This document shows, one piece after another, positions 1 to 11,296 of a stretch of 56,019 bases of DNA. The translations under genes and the position numbers were made by a program. Origin of the DNA: a virus. Its lineage: Duplodnaviria; Caudoviricetes. Within the stretch, counting starts at the first letter, position 1; each line of letters begins with the position of its first letter. The stretch lies in the IMG/VR virus record IMGVR_UViG_3300010354_000112, positions 1 to 56,019 of that record; one strand, 5' to 3'. The notes below the pieces were generated by a model, which was not told where the DNA came from, did no database searches, and saw nothing but the letters and a program-made list of their open reading frames with translations.

Positions 1-3000
1 ACTTCATTTACTTCTCAGGTAGATCCATTTACAACTTTTGGAGATGAAAACTTTATCTTTAACATAGAGTCTTCTTCTTCGGCGAGCAACGCTAAACGAA
101 TAATAAGAATGCCACTTCCGTCTCTTGTAAATGAAACAAGAATTAAAACAACCGAAGGTTCATGGGAGTATGAATATATTACTCAAAATAGAATAAATGC
201 GGACAGTCCATTTAGCTACAAAGATTGGGGCTCTCCAAAAACAGCAGAAGATGAACAATTCTATATTGCAATGAGATGGCCATATGAAATTTCAACTGAT
301 AGAGATGATGAAATATTTAAAACTTTTAGAGAAAAATATTTTTCAGATAGAAATGAAGACGAGTTTTATGGAAAACCAAACGATTATAAAAATAGAAAAA
401 TTTTAATCTATAGCCCAATAACTCAAACTGCTGTTGTTTGTAAGCCAGCTTATTTTTTATGGGGGACCGATAAAGCTGATTTAATATATTCTACCAATGA
501 AGAAAATGATTGGAGCGAAGAATGGGTAGTTAGCCCAAGATCCGCTATAGCAAAAGAAGTTGATTTGGCAGCTGTTGTTTCTCCAGATGCAGCGTACTAC
601 CTTGGCGTCATGCACCTTACTAACAGTGAAAAATACTTCTTCAAGAGAGAAAAAGACGATAAAGGTTTTGACGAAAACAGAGCTAGCGCAAGCGCGTCTG
701 CATTGGCACAAGCTGGATTGGCTCCAGTGCCAATGCCAAGAGATTGTTATTTTACATTTGTTGATGACTCAATTCCAGTTGGCGTTGTTACAACAATATA
801 TAATCCAGTAAATAATTTTAAATATTCTGGTTCTGGAAATAACAACGCCGAAAATGATTACTTTATAGGTTTTGGAAAATTCAGTAACCAAAATGCTGAT
901 GGAATTCTTGCAGTAGAAGACGCAACAGCTAGATCTAAAATGGCACAATTGGGCGTTACGGGCGTAACAGCCGATAGAATAGAAGAACAATTAGAACTAC
1001 TAAATGAAAGACCAACAGCTCTAAATACTCAATTCAGAGAATATATACCAATTAGAGGAATTACTCTTCTCGATGCCGGATACTTTGCTGAGGCAGCAGC
1101 GAGAGGGGGTAACGTATTACCTGGAGCAGATAACGGAGCAAACGGATATTTTAATTATGTTATGAATTCTGATTGGGATAGCCTAAGCAGAGACGCCTTG
1201 TATGAAATCTTAGATACTGAACTAAAAGAAACAGGAGATGAAAACTCAGCAAGCGGTAGGGCCCGTTTTGCCCCAGTGTATGATCCAGCTTCACCAGAGT
1301 CTGTAAAAGCTAGATCATTTTTTGATGAAGACTTCAGTGCAACAACTCACGTCATAGCTGGAAATGGTAGAACTCTTGCCCAAGCAAATGATATATGGGA
1401 TCAATTTAGATTCATGTTTCACACATTGGATCCAATTAAGAAAATATTCTTTGATATCTATGGATTAGATCCTGATGACGAAACACCACTGCCAGATTTT
1501 ATTATAAGAATAATAAGAAATCCAAAAGCAAACCCTGATATATTTAAAACATTTTCTTCCTCAAATGGAGGAGCAGAAGATGAGTTTAGCCTACTGCTTG
1601 GTAGTGACTTTTTAGTTGATTCTCCTATCGCTCCAGGTAGTGCCCTTGAAAGAATAAAAAAAGATAATCCAGTAGCGATAAAAGAGGCCATAGAGTTTGC
1701 TAGAAGAAATCTCATAGATGCTCCACTAGACGACCGGAGGTTTAATTAGATATTTCAATGTTTTGGTTTCAACTAAGTATAGAAAACTAGGCGCTTTCCT
1801 ACAGTCACCATCAAATATGGCTTTGATTTTTGGTGTTGATTCTACTGGAGGAGTATCTAAAGTAGACGATGTTATAAAAGATAATTTCACTGCAAAACAA
1901 ATATTTCACTTAATAGTAGGAATGTTTAGGCAAGCCATGTGGCAAGATGCCTATGCAAGAGCTTGGCTTGTTCTAAAGCCGAATAGAAAATATACTGGAG
2001 ATATGTGGGACTTCAGTCCTGTTTACAAAATATTCCAAGCCTTTATTGACCCATCTCAAAATTATTCTTCAGATAAAAAGAAGTTCTTAAAACTTCTTGC
2101 TGATAATAAAGGAGAGGGAAATAGCGCAGGAAACGTTGTGGGAGTAATTGCGCATAACGTAGATAGTTTTTGGGATAGTAATATTGGTCCACTCTTTACT
2201 GCTCTAAGCGATGGACTATCTGGGCTAATGCAAATGTTCAGAATGTCAATGTTACAAATGGGCTATGGCATTGGTAATATGGATAACTTTTCTAAGCAAG
2301 CTAATATTTTAAATAAAGCTTTAAATGATTCTATTTATTACTCATTGGGAAGACCTGGCTCTTTACTAAGAGCAATTGACAATCCTTTTACAAGAGAATA
2401 CGGAGAACCAGTTGTTGAAGTAAGAGAACCTTTCCAAAAATTACACTACCTAAGCTCTTTCTCTCATATATTAGCAAACAATATTCAAGAAACAACAACC
2501 AATGTTGCAACGCAAGTAACTGCTGTTTCAGATGGAAAATATCCAGTAACAGTTGCTCTAGATAAGAGTATTCCTTCTGAAAGACAAATAGAAAAAACAG
2601 TTGAAACCGGACTATATTACGACAATATAGCGGGAGATGGTTTATTTGGAATAGCTCAACCATTGTTCCATCCAATAGAATTTGCTCGTGGAGCAATAAA
2701 ACTTTCTCAAGGATCTCCAGATGAATTGATGGCAAGAAGGGTCGCATTAGCGCATCTAAAAGAATCATTAAAGGATATATATTCTGGAGAGTTGATAGTT
2801 ATAGGATCTCCAGATATTAGGCCTCACGATTTAGTTTATTTAGCTGACGTGTATGAAAGAATGTACGGCATTTTTGAAGTCGAACAAGTAGTTCACCACT
2901 TTACTCCAAATATGGGATTTATTACATCAATAACCCCAAACGCTCTAGTTACCGTAAACGATCCAGGAAGATGGTTTATGTCTTCTTGGATACATTCTTG

Positions 3001-3463
3001 GTTTTCTATACAAAATATGAGAAACGATACAAGATCTTTAATCAATGCAGTTCAGGCTGGAAATACTGGAATACTTTCTGGTGGAAATATTTCCGTTGAT
3101 GGCATAGCAAACGCTCTTCAGGCTCAAATGCTAGGAGGTGTACAGTTTACTCATGGATCTAGCGCTTTAATGTCAGATATAATGGCCAACTTTGCAGCAG
3201 AGGGTCTTACAGATGCTCAAGCGCAAATAGAACTGCAAATGAAACAAAACACAGATGCTGGCGTAAGCTTAAAGGGCATAGCAGCAACATATTTGGTTAC
3301 AACTGGATTAACAGCTAGCGTTGGCGCTTTATTGGGTGGGCCTGTAGGAGCTGGAATAGGAGCAGGTCTTTCTTCTGATTTATTCTGGAAGGGTTGGAAA
3401 TGGATTAGGGACAATGTTCTAGATCAGCACGGTTGTTATATATCTTATCTAAACAAAAATTGA
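1..3463 (+). CDS. Large tail/baseplate hub-like virion protein (5'-truncated by the window); ORFs 1..1749 and 1763..3463 joined by a +1 shift at CGG 1735
   Basis: Frame 1 is open from base 1. The N-part has an RlpA/DPBB-like pattern (YIAMRWPY...KILIYSP...AVVC...VVSPDAAYYLG). The C-part has a gpD/gp27-hub-like motif (GELIVIGSPDIRPHDLVYL...GIFEVEQVVHHF...GFITSI) and a Gly-zipper hydrophobic segment. The two frames overlap only at 1730-1747, which contains GAC-CGG-AGG. Confidence 0.65.
1735..1738 (+). other. Putative +1 recoding site CGGA (site 1)
   Basis: cta gac gac CGG agg ttt aat TAG versus gac gac (c)gga ggt tta att aga tat ttc (DD-GGLIRYF), which continues into ORF 1763..3463. Confidence 0.7.
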
Positions 3464-3469
3464 CAGCCA

Positions 3470-4636
3470 ATGGATGGTGGCCTTTCCATTAATCAGGGAA
3501 TGGTAGTTGGAAGATATCATACTAAGAGACTTCTTCCTGGAATTCTTGGAGTTAGAAGCAAAGTTAGAACAGTAGAGGGTAACTCATTTGTTAGATTAGA
3601 TGACTTATTAAAGAATATGGGCTGGAAAGAAAATCAAGTATCCTCATTGGTTAGATACGTTAGTTATGAAAACGCATTAGTTAATACTGAAGTTCTAAAA
3701 TATTCTGGAACTGGTCCAGATAAAACTGGATTAAATCAATTCTTCAAAATTGTTTGCAAGTTAAATAGAGTTCTCGATGGAGATGAAATAGAAGTTGTTG
3801 ATTTGATGAACCCAACTGGAACTCCTTTTAAAGTTAGACTAGAAGGAATAATATCTTCTAATCTTGGAGTTTTTGAAGGATACATAAAATCTACCCAAGC
3901 TGGTTATAAGCCAGATGATCCAGTTCAAGCAATAAATGTAAACGCACCCGGTGCAAAAGCTACATTATTTATTTTGGAAAGATTAGCTAACGCACCTTTT
4001 GTTGTAAGAGTTTCTCCAAATGATCAATCAGCAAATTCGATATACACAGAAGATGATCTATTGCCAGGGTCTAAACTAAATACATTTAATAGTTATCTCA
4101 AAGGTGTACATTATGGAGAAAATGATAGAGAAAAAGCTTTAGGTACTATATTTTATAGAATGCAAGTAGACGATAAGGATAATTTAGTTTTGTCTATTCG
4201 TGATTTTTTCATAAAAAACAGTGGTCAAGATGTAATTCAATTAAAGAAATCTTTTAAAGCAACCGTTTTCCCAGATTCTCTTTTTGGAATTAAGTTTGAT
4301 GAGATATACAATTCAATATATTCATCTGAAATGAAAGAATACTTTGAGACAAGCGGTCCATCAGATCCGCTATTTTCTTTAAGTCCTGAAAAAATTAAAT
4401 TGTTTAATGATTTAGTAAACATTAGAATATTAGAAACACTCTATTCAAAAGCGTCAGAATGGCCGTATGTAGCATGGGACGAGTACTATGAAGATGGAGT
4501 TCCCGCGACCCTTAACTGGGAACTAGTAGCAAATAATATGGCTCAAGTTTATACTGTAGACTTACTAAGATCTAGACCAGCAGAAATTGGACTTGATGAT
4601 CAAATACCTGGAGTTAATTATGTTCCACAAAACTAG
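3470..4636 (+). CDS. Virion-module protein with an SNase/thermonuclease-like OB domain; same frame as the upstream gene, separated by one TGA (3461-3463)
   Basis: LNRVLDGDEIEV...KVRLEGI resembles the SNase N-terminal motif; no obvious RBS before ATG 3470. Confidence 0.55.
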   Translation: MDGGLSINQGMVVGRYHTKRLLPGILGVRSKVRTVEGNSFVRLDDLLKNMGWKENQVSSLVRYVSYENALVNTEVLKYSGTGPDKTGLNQFFKIVCKLNRVLDGDEIEVVDLMNPTGTPFKVRLEGIISSNLGVFEGYIKSTQAGYKPDDPVQAINVNAPGAKATLFILERLANAPFVVRVSPNDQSANSIYTEDDLLPGSKLNTFNSYLKGVHYGENDREKALGTIFYRMQVDDKDNLVLSIRDFFIKNSGQDVIQLKKSFKATVFPDSLFGIKFDEIYNSIYSSEMKEYFETSGPSDPLFSLSPEKIKLFNDLVNIRILETLYSKASEWPYVAWDEYYEDGVPATLNWELVANNMAQVYTVDLLRSRPAEIGLDDQIPGVNYVPQN

Positions 4637-4650
4637 TATAGGATCAAGAT

Positions 4651-7414
4651 ATGAGTGATTTTGGATTTAGTATTAGCGATTTTGAAAACTCTACTTCTTT
4701 TACTAATAAATTAGGAGAGGGATATAATCCAGATGGTTCTGCAAGCATTGTAACTTCTGCGTCAAAAGAAAGATATTCTAATCAAACTTTAACCTCTAGA
4801 AATATCGTAGATATAATGTCTGGTCGGAGCAATAGTTAGAAATCCAGCAGCAGTAATAGACGCTTCTTCAAGGTTTGTTAAATCTTCTCTCCATTCAATC
4901 TTAGCCGCTGGCGTAGAATCAGATTCAGCTTTCGTTATACAGAATCCAGATTATCAAGGTCCAGGAGATCAAGAAACACTTTCTGGACCAGCAGCTTATC
5001 AAAAGATGATATCAAGTTCCATAGTTGGAACTGGATATAAACCAACAGGAGTTATGAACCCGTTGCAAGAATCAGTAGGTGGTCAATGGCCGGGAACAGA
5101 TAAATCTCAAGTTCAAGATTCTTCAGGCGCAATATATACACATAATAATATTTCATATAAAATTAATCCTGAATCTCCTGGCTTAGGTAGTAGACCAGTA
5201 GCTCTATCGGATGAGTTAACAGAAGAAGAAATACAGATATATATATCTAGAGGAACAATTCTAAAAAAGAATATAGATGAACCTGCTTTAACAATTGGTT
5301 TTCAATTTGATATTCCAAACAATTTGTCTACATATTCTTTTGTTCAAACAAATTCTTATTATTCAAAAGAGTTTGAAAATACAGAAGACTCAGTAGATGC
5401 TGCGCTAATTTCTGCAGCGGCAAGAAAAGCATACATAAGCGCTGCTCTTATAGAATGCCTACTCATGCTTACAGATCCAACTAAAGGTGTTAGCATAGGA
5501 GGAACATTTGGTTTGTCTAGGGTTATAAATTCAGAAAGCGACGCAACCAAACCAAATTCTGTAGAAAATGGTTTAGATAAAAATAATAAAAATTCAATTT
5601 CTGATCATGTTTTTGGAAGAGCTTTTGATATAAGAAAGGTTGGCAATACCACAAACTTAGGTAGGTCAAAACAAGTTTATGCACAAGCTCTAGATCAATT
5701 TTTAACAAAACTTTCATTATTACCACAACCACTAATTCCAGATTTAATAATAATACACCCCGACGTTGCTAAAGAAAAAGGAATTGGTGAGGGTTTTGAA
5801 TCCGTAAATAGTGCAATAAAAATACAATATCCAAATTTAAAATATGTAAATTTTGAGTTTGGTTCAGAACACACCGATAATATACATATAAGTTTTGCTC
5901 CAGAAAGAGGTGGTCAATATATCTCCTCAGATCCAAGCACAAGCGCTTGGATTGCTATAAGTTCTACCGGTGGTCAGTATCCTGGTATACCATTTGATAA
6001 TTCGGAATCAATATCTGCAGCAAAACAAAAAGCTTACACAAATTATAAAAATGGAGGCCCTGCGTTATCGCTTACTGAAATGTTCATAATGTTAACTAAT
6101 GAAGGTCCATTCTCTCAGGAAGCTGGAGCTATAATGTGTGCGATTGCAGGAAGGGAAAGCGCAACCAATCCTTCAGCATATAATGGAAAATGTTTTGAAA
6201 CTCAAACCGAGTTTACTCAAGATGTTTCAATAGGAATGTTTCAGTTTAATTTGCTTTCGTACGCAAAAAAGGGTCAGCCAGATTCTACTGCCTTACCAAT
6301 ATATTGGGATGGTACTCAAGCCGTTAAAACGACAATACAGTCTCACAAATTGGCATATAATACACCTGAATCTCAGACATGGGATTCAACAGCAGTATTT
6401 AAAAAAATAGCATCAGTGTATAAAGAAACAAACGACAAAAATGCCTCAAAACCTACCACTGATGATAAATTATGGTATCCAATAAATCAAGTTTGGTTAG
6501 CTGGGTATAAATTTGGTGTTAAAGATTTTTCTATTAATAAAATTAATGACTCATCCGGATTTTATCACTGGGGTGATTATAAACAAAAAAATGAAACAGG
6601 AACTTTAGTTGATAGATCTGATTGTGGTTTTATTTTTGGCGTAAAATTTCAAGACGCAGTAGATGTGTATTTAACTACTGGAAATTCTGTTGAAAAACTT
6701 GAAGAATGGGTAAGAGCAAATTTACCTAAAAAAAATCCTCTAACCGCAAAGTATGTAGAGGAATGGATGGATGGAACTGTTTATTATGATAAACCAAAAA
6801 ATGGATCATTGGTAAATGAAAGTTTAAGCAAGCCAATAGTCTACAACGCTCCAGGAGCTTCTATCGAAGTTGGCTATGGAAATGGCGGTACAATACCAAC
6901 ATTTACAAAAAATGATATCCTAGAAGCAGCACGATGGTTATCAAAAGAAAGAATGCAACAATGGCTAAGCAACTATAGGTCTGACCTATTGGGTAATATG
7001 GGCTGCGAAAGATTTGCAAGAGTGCTTTCAGCTGCTCTTGGATTATTTGGTTCTCAACAAATTGATCTAATAAACAAAGATTGGTCATACATTGGAACTG
7101 TTGGAGTAGACGCCACAATATCGACTCCTGGATTAACACAACACGAAACAGCAGCTCAACACTTTGATGCGGTAAGGTCAACAAGCGCTTTTTTTGGACC
7201 AGAAACAGATACTGGAAAAAATCCTCCTTCTGGATATTTAGTATTTTGGTCAGGCGGAGGTGATGAACTTGGTCACATAGGAATTTCTATAGGTAATGGA
7301 GAATACGTAGATCAACATGATTCTTCAGACAGACCTAGACCAAGAAAAATATTATCAACTACATTTCCAGGAAGATTGTATCAATATGAAGGAGCATGTT
7401 CAGCCTGGAGCTGA
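4651..7414 (+). CDS. Tail-associated multidomain peptidoglycan hydrolase (M15-like peptidase + SLT transglycosylase + CHAP/NlpC-P60), about 920 aa with a +1 shift at CGG 4825
   Basis: SDHVFGRAFDI...HTDNIHISF; AIAGRESATNPSAYN...SIGMFQFN; GCERFAR...GYLVFW...GHIGISIGNG. The frame of ORF 5006..7414 is open back to 4817 and overlaps ORF 4651..4839. Confidence 0.8.
4825..4828 (+). other. Putative +1 recoding site CGGA (site 2)
   Basis: atg tct ggt CGG agc aat agt TAG versus ggt (c)gga gca ata gtt aga aat cca (MSG-GAIVRNP); possible window only 4817-4837. Confidence 0.7.
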
Positions 7415-7425
7415 AAGGAATAACT

Positions 7426-7788
7426 ATGAAGTATTATCCAAAGTTTGATGAAAAAATAAATGAATTCATTTCAAATAATAGATTTCAATCTTCTAAACCA
7501 AGATATGGAACTATTATGTCGTTTAATAAAATGAACAATACCGCAGTTGTAGTTCTAGACGAAAGAATGACCAATCAAATTGGAGATATATTAAAAGATG
7601 TACCATGCCCATCGATACAGGGTATTCAAACGGTAGCCCCAATAGCTGGATCAAGATGTGTAGTTGGCTTTACCGATGCCAACGAAAGATTTCCCTATAT
7701 AATATCTTATGTAGATGAAACTAATTCAATAGGAAAATACATGCCTAGCTATTCAGTAAACACAGGAGTTCCAAAATTTTTGGTATAA
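7426..7788 (+). CDS. Putative baseplate spike N-terminal (gpV-like OB-fold) protein
   Basis: RYGTIMSFN...TAVV...LKDVPCP...APIAGSRCVVGF pattern; AAGGA RBS before ATG 7426; lies between the tail lysin and gp25. Confidence 0.55.
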   Translation: MKYYPKFDEKINEFISNNRFQSSKPRYGTIMSFNKMNNTAVVVLDERMTNQIGDILKDVPCPSIQGIQTVAPIAGSRCVVGFTDANERFPYIISYVDETNSIGKYMPSYSVNTGVPKFLV

Positions 7789-7791
7789 ATT

Positions 7792-8484
7792 ATGTCTGAA
7801 AAAATTAATATAAAAAAATCATATGAATCATCAGTAGGCAATACTGCTTCTGAATTTAATGAAATTAATAAAAGAAAAACATTTTCACAAAGAGAAGTTG
7901 GCCTAAATCATCCAGATAATCCCGGATTTATAAGACTAACTGATTCTGGGGATATTGAAATATTTGCTGCTCCGGGTGTAGGTTTGGTTATAAATGGGAC
8001 TACAAAAACTGTATCTATATTTGCAGAAAATATTAAATTATATACTAAAGAAGACGGATTGAAATGGAACTCAATGGATTTTAACCATTCTGCAACCACC
8101 TTTGCGGAACCCGCATTTGTTATGTCGGATGATAAATCTTATAATCCAGCTTTTTTAAATTTAGATTATTATATATCCAATTTAGACAGGTTAGAACAAG
8201 AAGAAGAAGAAAAAACTGTTACTATAAATGGAAGTTACCAATATCAGTTGGACACTGAATCCGAAATAGATAAAATTAATTTAAATAATGATTCTATTAT
8301 TTTAGAAAATTTGTCTACTCAAGATACTCAGGCAATACAAGAGTTTTTTGATAAATCATCGGCTATGTGGCCACCGAGAACCACAACAGAATCTGTAACT
8401 TTAATGATTAAAGGTTATTTAGATTCTGGCTTTACTTTAACTCAAGCATTTGATAAAGTAAATGAAATTTTAATTTCAAATTAG
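7792..8484 (+). CDS. Putative baseplate/spike-associated protein
   Basis: Beta-repeat-like segment FIRLTDSGDIEIFAAPGVGLVINGTTKTVSIFAENIKL; synteny. Confidence 0.45.
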   Translation: MSEKINIKKSYESSVGNTASEFNEINKRKTFSQREVGLNHPDNPGFIRLTDSGDIEIFAAPGVGLVINGTTKTVSIFAENIKLYTKEDGLKWNSMDFNHSATTFAEPAFVMSDDKSYNPAFLNLDYYISNLDRLEQEEEEKTVTINGSYQYQLDTESEIDKINLNNDSIILENLSTQDTQAIQEFFDKSSAMWPPRTTTESVTLMIKGYLDSGFTLTQAFDKVNEILISN

Positions 8485-8508
8485 TTAAAAAGAAAGGTTA
8501 AAGTACCA

Positions 8509-8889
8509 GTGTCAGATTTTTACATTACTCTTAGTGGTGATTTAGTAGTCAATGGATCTGGAGATATTGGTGTTGTTGGTACTCAAACCGAAAAAGACAT
8601 TCAACATGTTTACATTAGGCTTATGACAGAGCCAGGAGATTTCTATATATACCCTCAGCTTGGAACGCAGCTGTCCATGCTATACGGCATGCCGCAGACA
8701 CCTCAAACTGGAGACTTCGGTAAGAAGTTGATAAGATCTGCCCTTGAAAGAGAAGGCGTTTTTAAAAATAGACAAATTACTATTGAGGCAGTGCCGACTT
8801 CCGCTGACGAAATAAGATTTGATGTATATATAATGGGAAGCTTAAACGAACCAACTGTGTTGTCAATAACACAAAACCTAGGAGCCTAA
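8509..8889 (+). CDS. Baseplate wedge / sheath initiator, gp25/GPW-like
   Basis: GDLVVNGSGDI...IRLMTEPGDFYIYPQLGTQL motif; 126 aa; directly upstream of gpJ. Confidence 0.8.
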   Translation: MSDFYITLSGDLVVNGSGDIGVVGTQTEKDIQHVYIRLMTEPGDFYIYPQLGTQLSMLYGMPQTPQTGDFGKKLIRSALEREGVFKNRQITIEAVPTSADEIRFDVYIMGSLNEPTVLSITQNLGA

Positions 8890-8890
8890 A

Positions 8891-10060
8891 GTGGTAGCAG
8901 TAAATATTAAGTCAAAAGAACAAATGTTAATAACAACTTTAGACTCCCTTCAAAGAAATGCCGGGATCAGCTCTATTTCACCTGGTTCGATAGCTAGAGC
9001 GTTTGCCGAAGCAATTCATTCTGAAATAGGGGATTTATATCAATCATTAAAGTATAGTATAGAACAAACAAATCTAGGAACCGCTTCCGGATATAACCTT
9101 GATATGATTGGTTCTCTTTATAATGTTCCAAGAAGAACTGTTTCTTCTGATTTAGTTCCAGACAGAGTAACAGCAAATATCGAATTTATGTTGAACTCAA
9201 CTACCTCTTCAACAATAACAATTCCAAAAGGAACATTGGTAAGAAATAACATAACATCATTTTCTTCAAATCAATATTCATATGAATTAACGGGTGATGT
9301 TGTTATTACTCCCGGAAATACAAAGGCATACGGAAGCGTAAAAGCCGCATTTGCCGATCCAAATATTACTGCAGCAAGAAATACGTTGACTAGTCATAAT
9401 TTTATTGCTCCACCAGGAGTAGTGGTTTTGTGTAACAATCCCAAAGAAGTCTATAGCAGCCTAAACGCAGAGTCGGACGATAACTATAGAAGAAGGATAA
9501 TATCTGCAGTAAGAGGATCTTCTTCTGGAACAGCAGAGTCTATTCGTTTTTCTGCCCTATCAGTAAAAGGCGTCAGAGATGCAAAAATAAGAGAAGCTTC
9601 CTACGGAATAGGCTCATGCGATATCGTCATAGTCCCCGAATCTCAATCGAGTATATCAACTATGGCTCAGTTAGTTTACGAAAAAGTAAAGGCAATAAAG
9701 CCAGTTGGAATTAATCTAAACTTAAGAATAGCTACTAAAAAATTAGTAGATGTTTCTGCAAGTATAGTATTAAGAGAAGGATCAACCGAAGCTTTAGCTA
9801 GCGCAGTGCAAAATCAGGCTAGAATATTCTTAAATAGATATTTAAACTCATTAACAATAGGCGACTCTCTTTCTATTGCGGAGATAGAAAGACAAATGCG
9901 CTTAGCTTCTGAGGTAATAATGTCTGTGACTGTTAATTCAATTAAAGTAGATAATAAAAATATTCCTAATAAAGACTATAGATTATCCGATGATAAAAGT
10001 TACATGGCTGCTGGTACTCTTAGCGTATATTCTGTTATAATGGGAGTCTCCAACTACTAA
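8891..10060 (+). CDS. Baseplate J-like protein
   Basis: PGSIARAFAEA, TASGYNLDMIG, ESDDNYRRRI...GTAESI, KPVGI motifs of Baseplate_J. Confidence 0.9.
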   Translation: MVAVNIKSKEQMLITTLDSLQRNAGISSISPGSIARAFAEAIHSEIGDLYQSLKYSIEQTNLGTASGYNLDMIGSLYNVPRRTVSSDLVPDRVTANIEFMLNSTTSSTITIPKGTLVRNNITSFSSNQYSYELTGDVVITPGNTKAYGSVKAAFADPNITAARNTLTSHNFIAPPGVVVLCNNPKEVYSSLNAESDDNYRRRIISAVRGSSSGTAESIRFSALSVKGVRDAKIREASYGIGSCDIVIVPESQSSISTMAQLVYEKVKAIKPVGINLNLRIATKKLVDVSASIVLREGSTEALASAVQNQARIFLNRYLNSLTIGDSLSIAEIERQMRLASEVIMSVTVNSIKVDNKNIPNKDYRLSDDKSYMAAGTLSVYSVIMGVSNY

Positions 10061-10074
10061 CAAAGGTGTAACCT

Positions 10075-11286
10075 ATGTCGGAATCAGTTTATTCTGTTGT
10101 AAAAAAACAGATAATTAAAGCAAAAAATATGACCCACGCAAGAATGCTGTCTGAGGGTTACGATGATTTTCCTGGTCAAATTCTAAACGAAAATATATTA
10201 GCACAAGAAGCAAATATGGTTAACTGGGAAAAGTATGAAGATGATTATGAGGCCGATAATGTTATTAGCTTCAACGAAACAATTCAAACCGATCCAGTAG
10301 TTTTTTTAAGATCAGAAAACAGGCGTTTAGCAAAACTCGCAGAAAAGCACAAGAACGTTAAAGACGAAGCTGTAACATCAGTTTATCAAGCAGCCTACGA
10401 CGCATTTTCTAATTTTGAAATTGGACCAATTAAAAAACCATCTTTTAAAAATTCTCCAGTTGTAGCGGAAACAGCTGTTGCTGTTTTTGCAGACTGGCAA
10501 TTGGGTAAAGTAACTCCAGATTACAATTCCCAAGTTTTGGCAGAAAGAATAGAGTTATACACTCAAAAGATTTTAGAGATAACAGAAATACAAAGAAAGC
10601 ACCATCCTGTTAAGAATCTTCACGTATGGCTACTTGGAGACATAGTTGAAGGAGAAGAGATATTTCCTGGACAAAGCCACCTAATTGATTCTGGCCTCTA
10701 TAGGCAGGTGGGCGTTAATGGTCCAGAAATATTAAGTAGATTTTTATTTTCTGCCCTAGAGAATTTTGAACATGTTCATGTAACGGGTGTAATTGGAAAT
10801 CATGGCGCAGTAGGCGGTAGAGCAAGAAAGCAACATGACCCAGAAACAAATATGGATAGACTTCTTTATAAGATAGTTGAATTGATATTTAAGAATGAAA
10901 AAAGAATATCGTTTAACATTCCAGACGGAAAGGGAGAAAGGCATTGGTATGCTGTCGATAAGATTGGTGACTACAGCTCATTGTTAATACATGGTGATCA
11001 AATGCCTTCACCAAATTCTATAACTAGTTACTATAGAAAAGTAATGGGCTGGAAAGATGGTGCCATCCCTGAAGAATTCCAAGATGTTTTCATGGGTCAT
11101 TATCATCAGCAAGCAAAGATGACAATAGGTAGTTCAACCTTAAGAATATCTGGCTCTCCAGAAAGTTTCAATACTTACGCACAGGAGTATTTTTCTTCAA
11201 TGAGTAGACCGTGTCAACATTTGATGTTTGTACATCCAGTAAATGGAATTACCTGTGAATATAGCATATGGTTAGATAACGCTTAG
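10075..11286 (+). CDS. Calcineurin-like metallophosphoesterase with an N-terminal extension
   Basis: ADWQLG, LLGDIVEG, GNHG, HGD and GHYH metal-binding motifs. Confidence 0.85.
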   Translation: MSESVYSVVKKQIIKAKNMTHARMLSEGYDDFPGQILNENILAQEANMVNWEKYEDDYEADNVISFNETIQTDPVVFLRSENRRLAKLAEKHKNVKDEAVTSVYQAAYDAFSNFEIGPIKKPSFKNSPVVAETAVAVFADWQLGKVTPDYNSQVLAERIELYTQKILEITEIQRKHHPVKNLHVWLLGDIVEGEEIFPGQSHLIDSGLYRQVGVNGPEILSRFLFSALENFEHVHVTGVIGNHGAVGGRARKQHDPETNMDRLLYKIVELIFKNEKRISFNIPDGKGERHWYAVDKIGDYSSLLIHGDQMPSPNSITSYYRKVMGWKDGAIPEEFQDVFMGHYHQQAKMTIGSSTLRISGSPESFNTYAQEYFSSMSRPCQHLMFVHPVNGITCEYSIWLDNA

Positions 11287-11296
11287 GAGTTATTGA

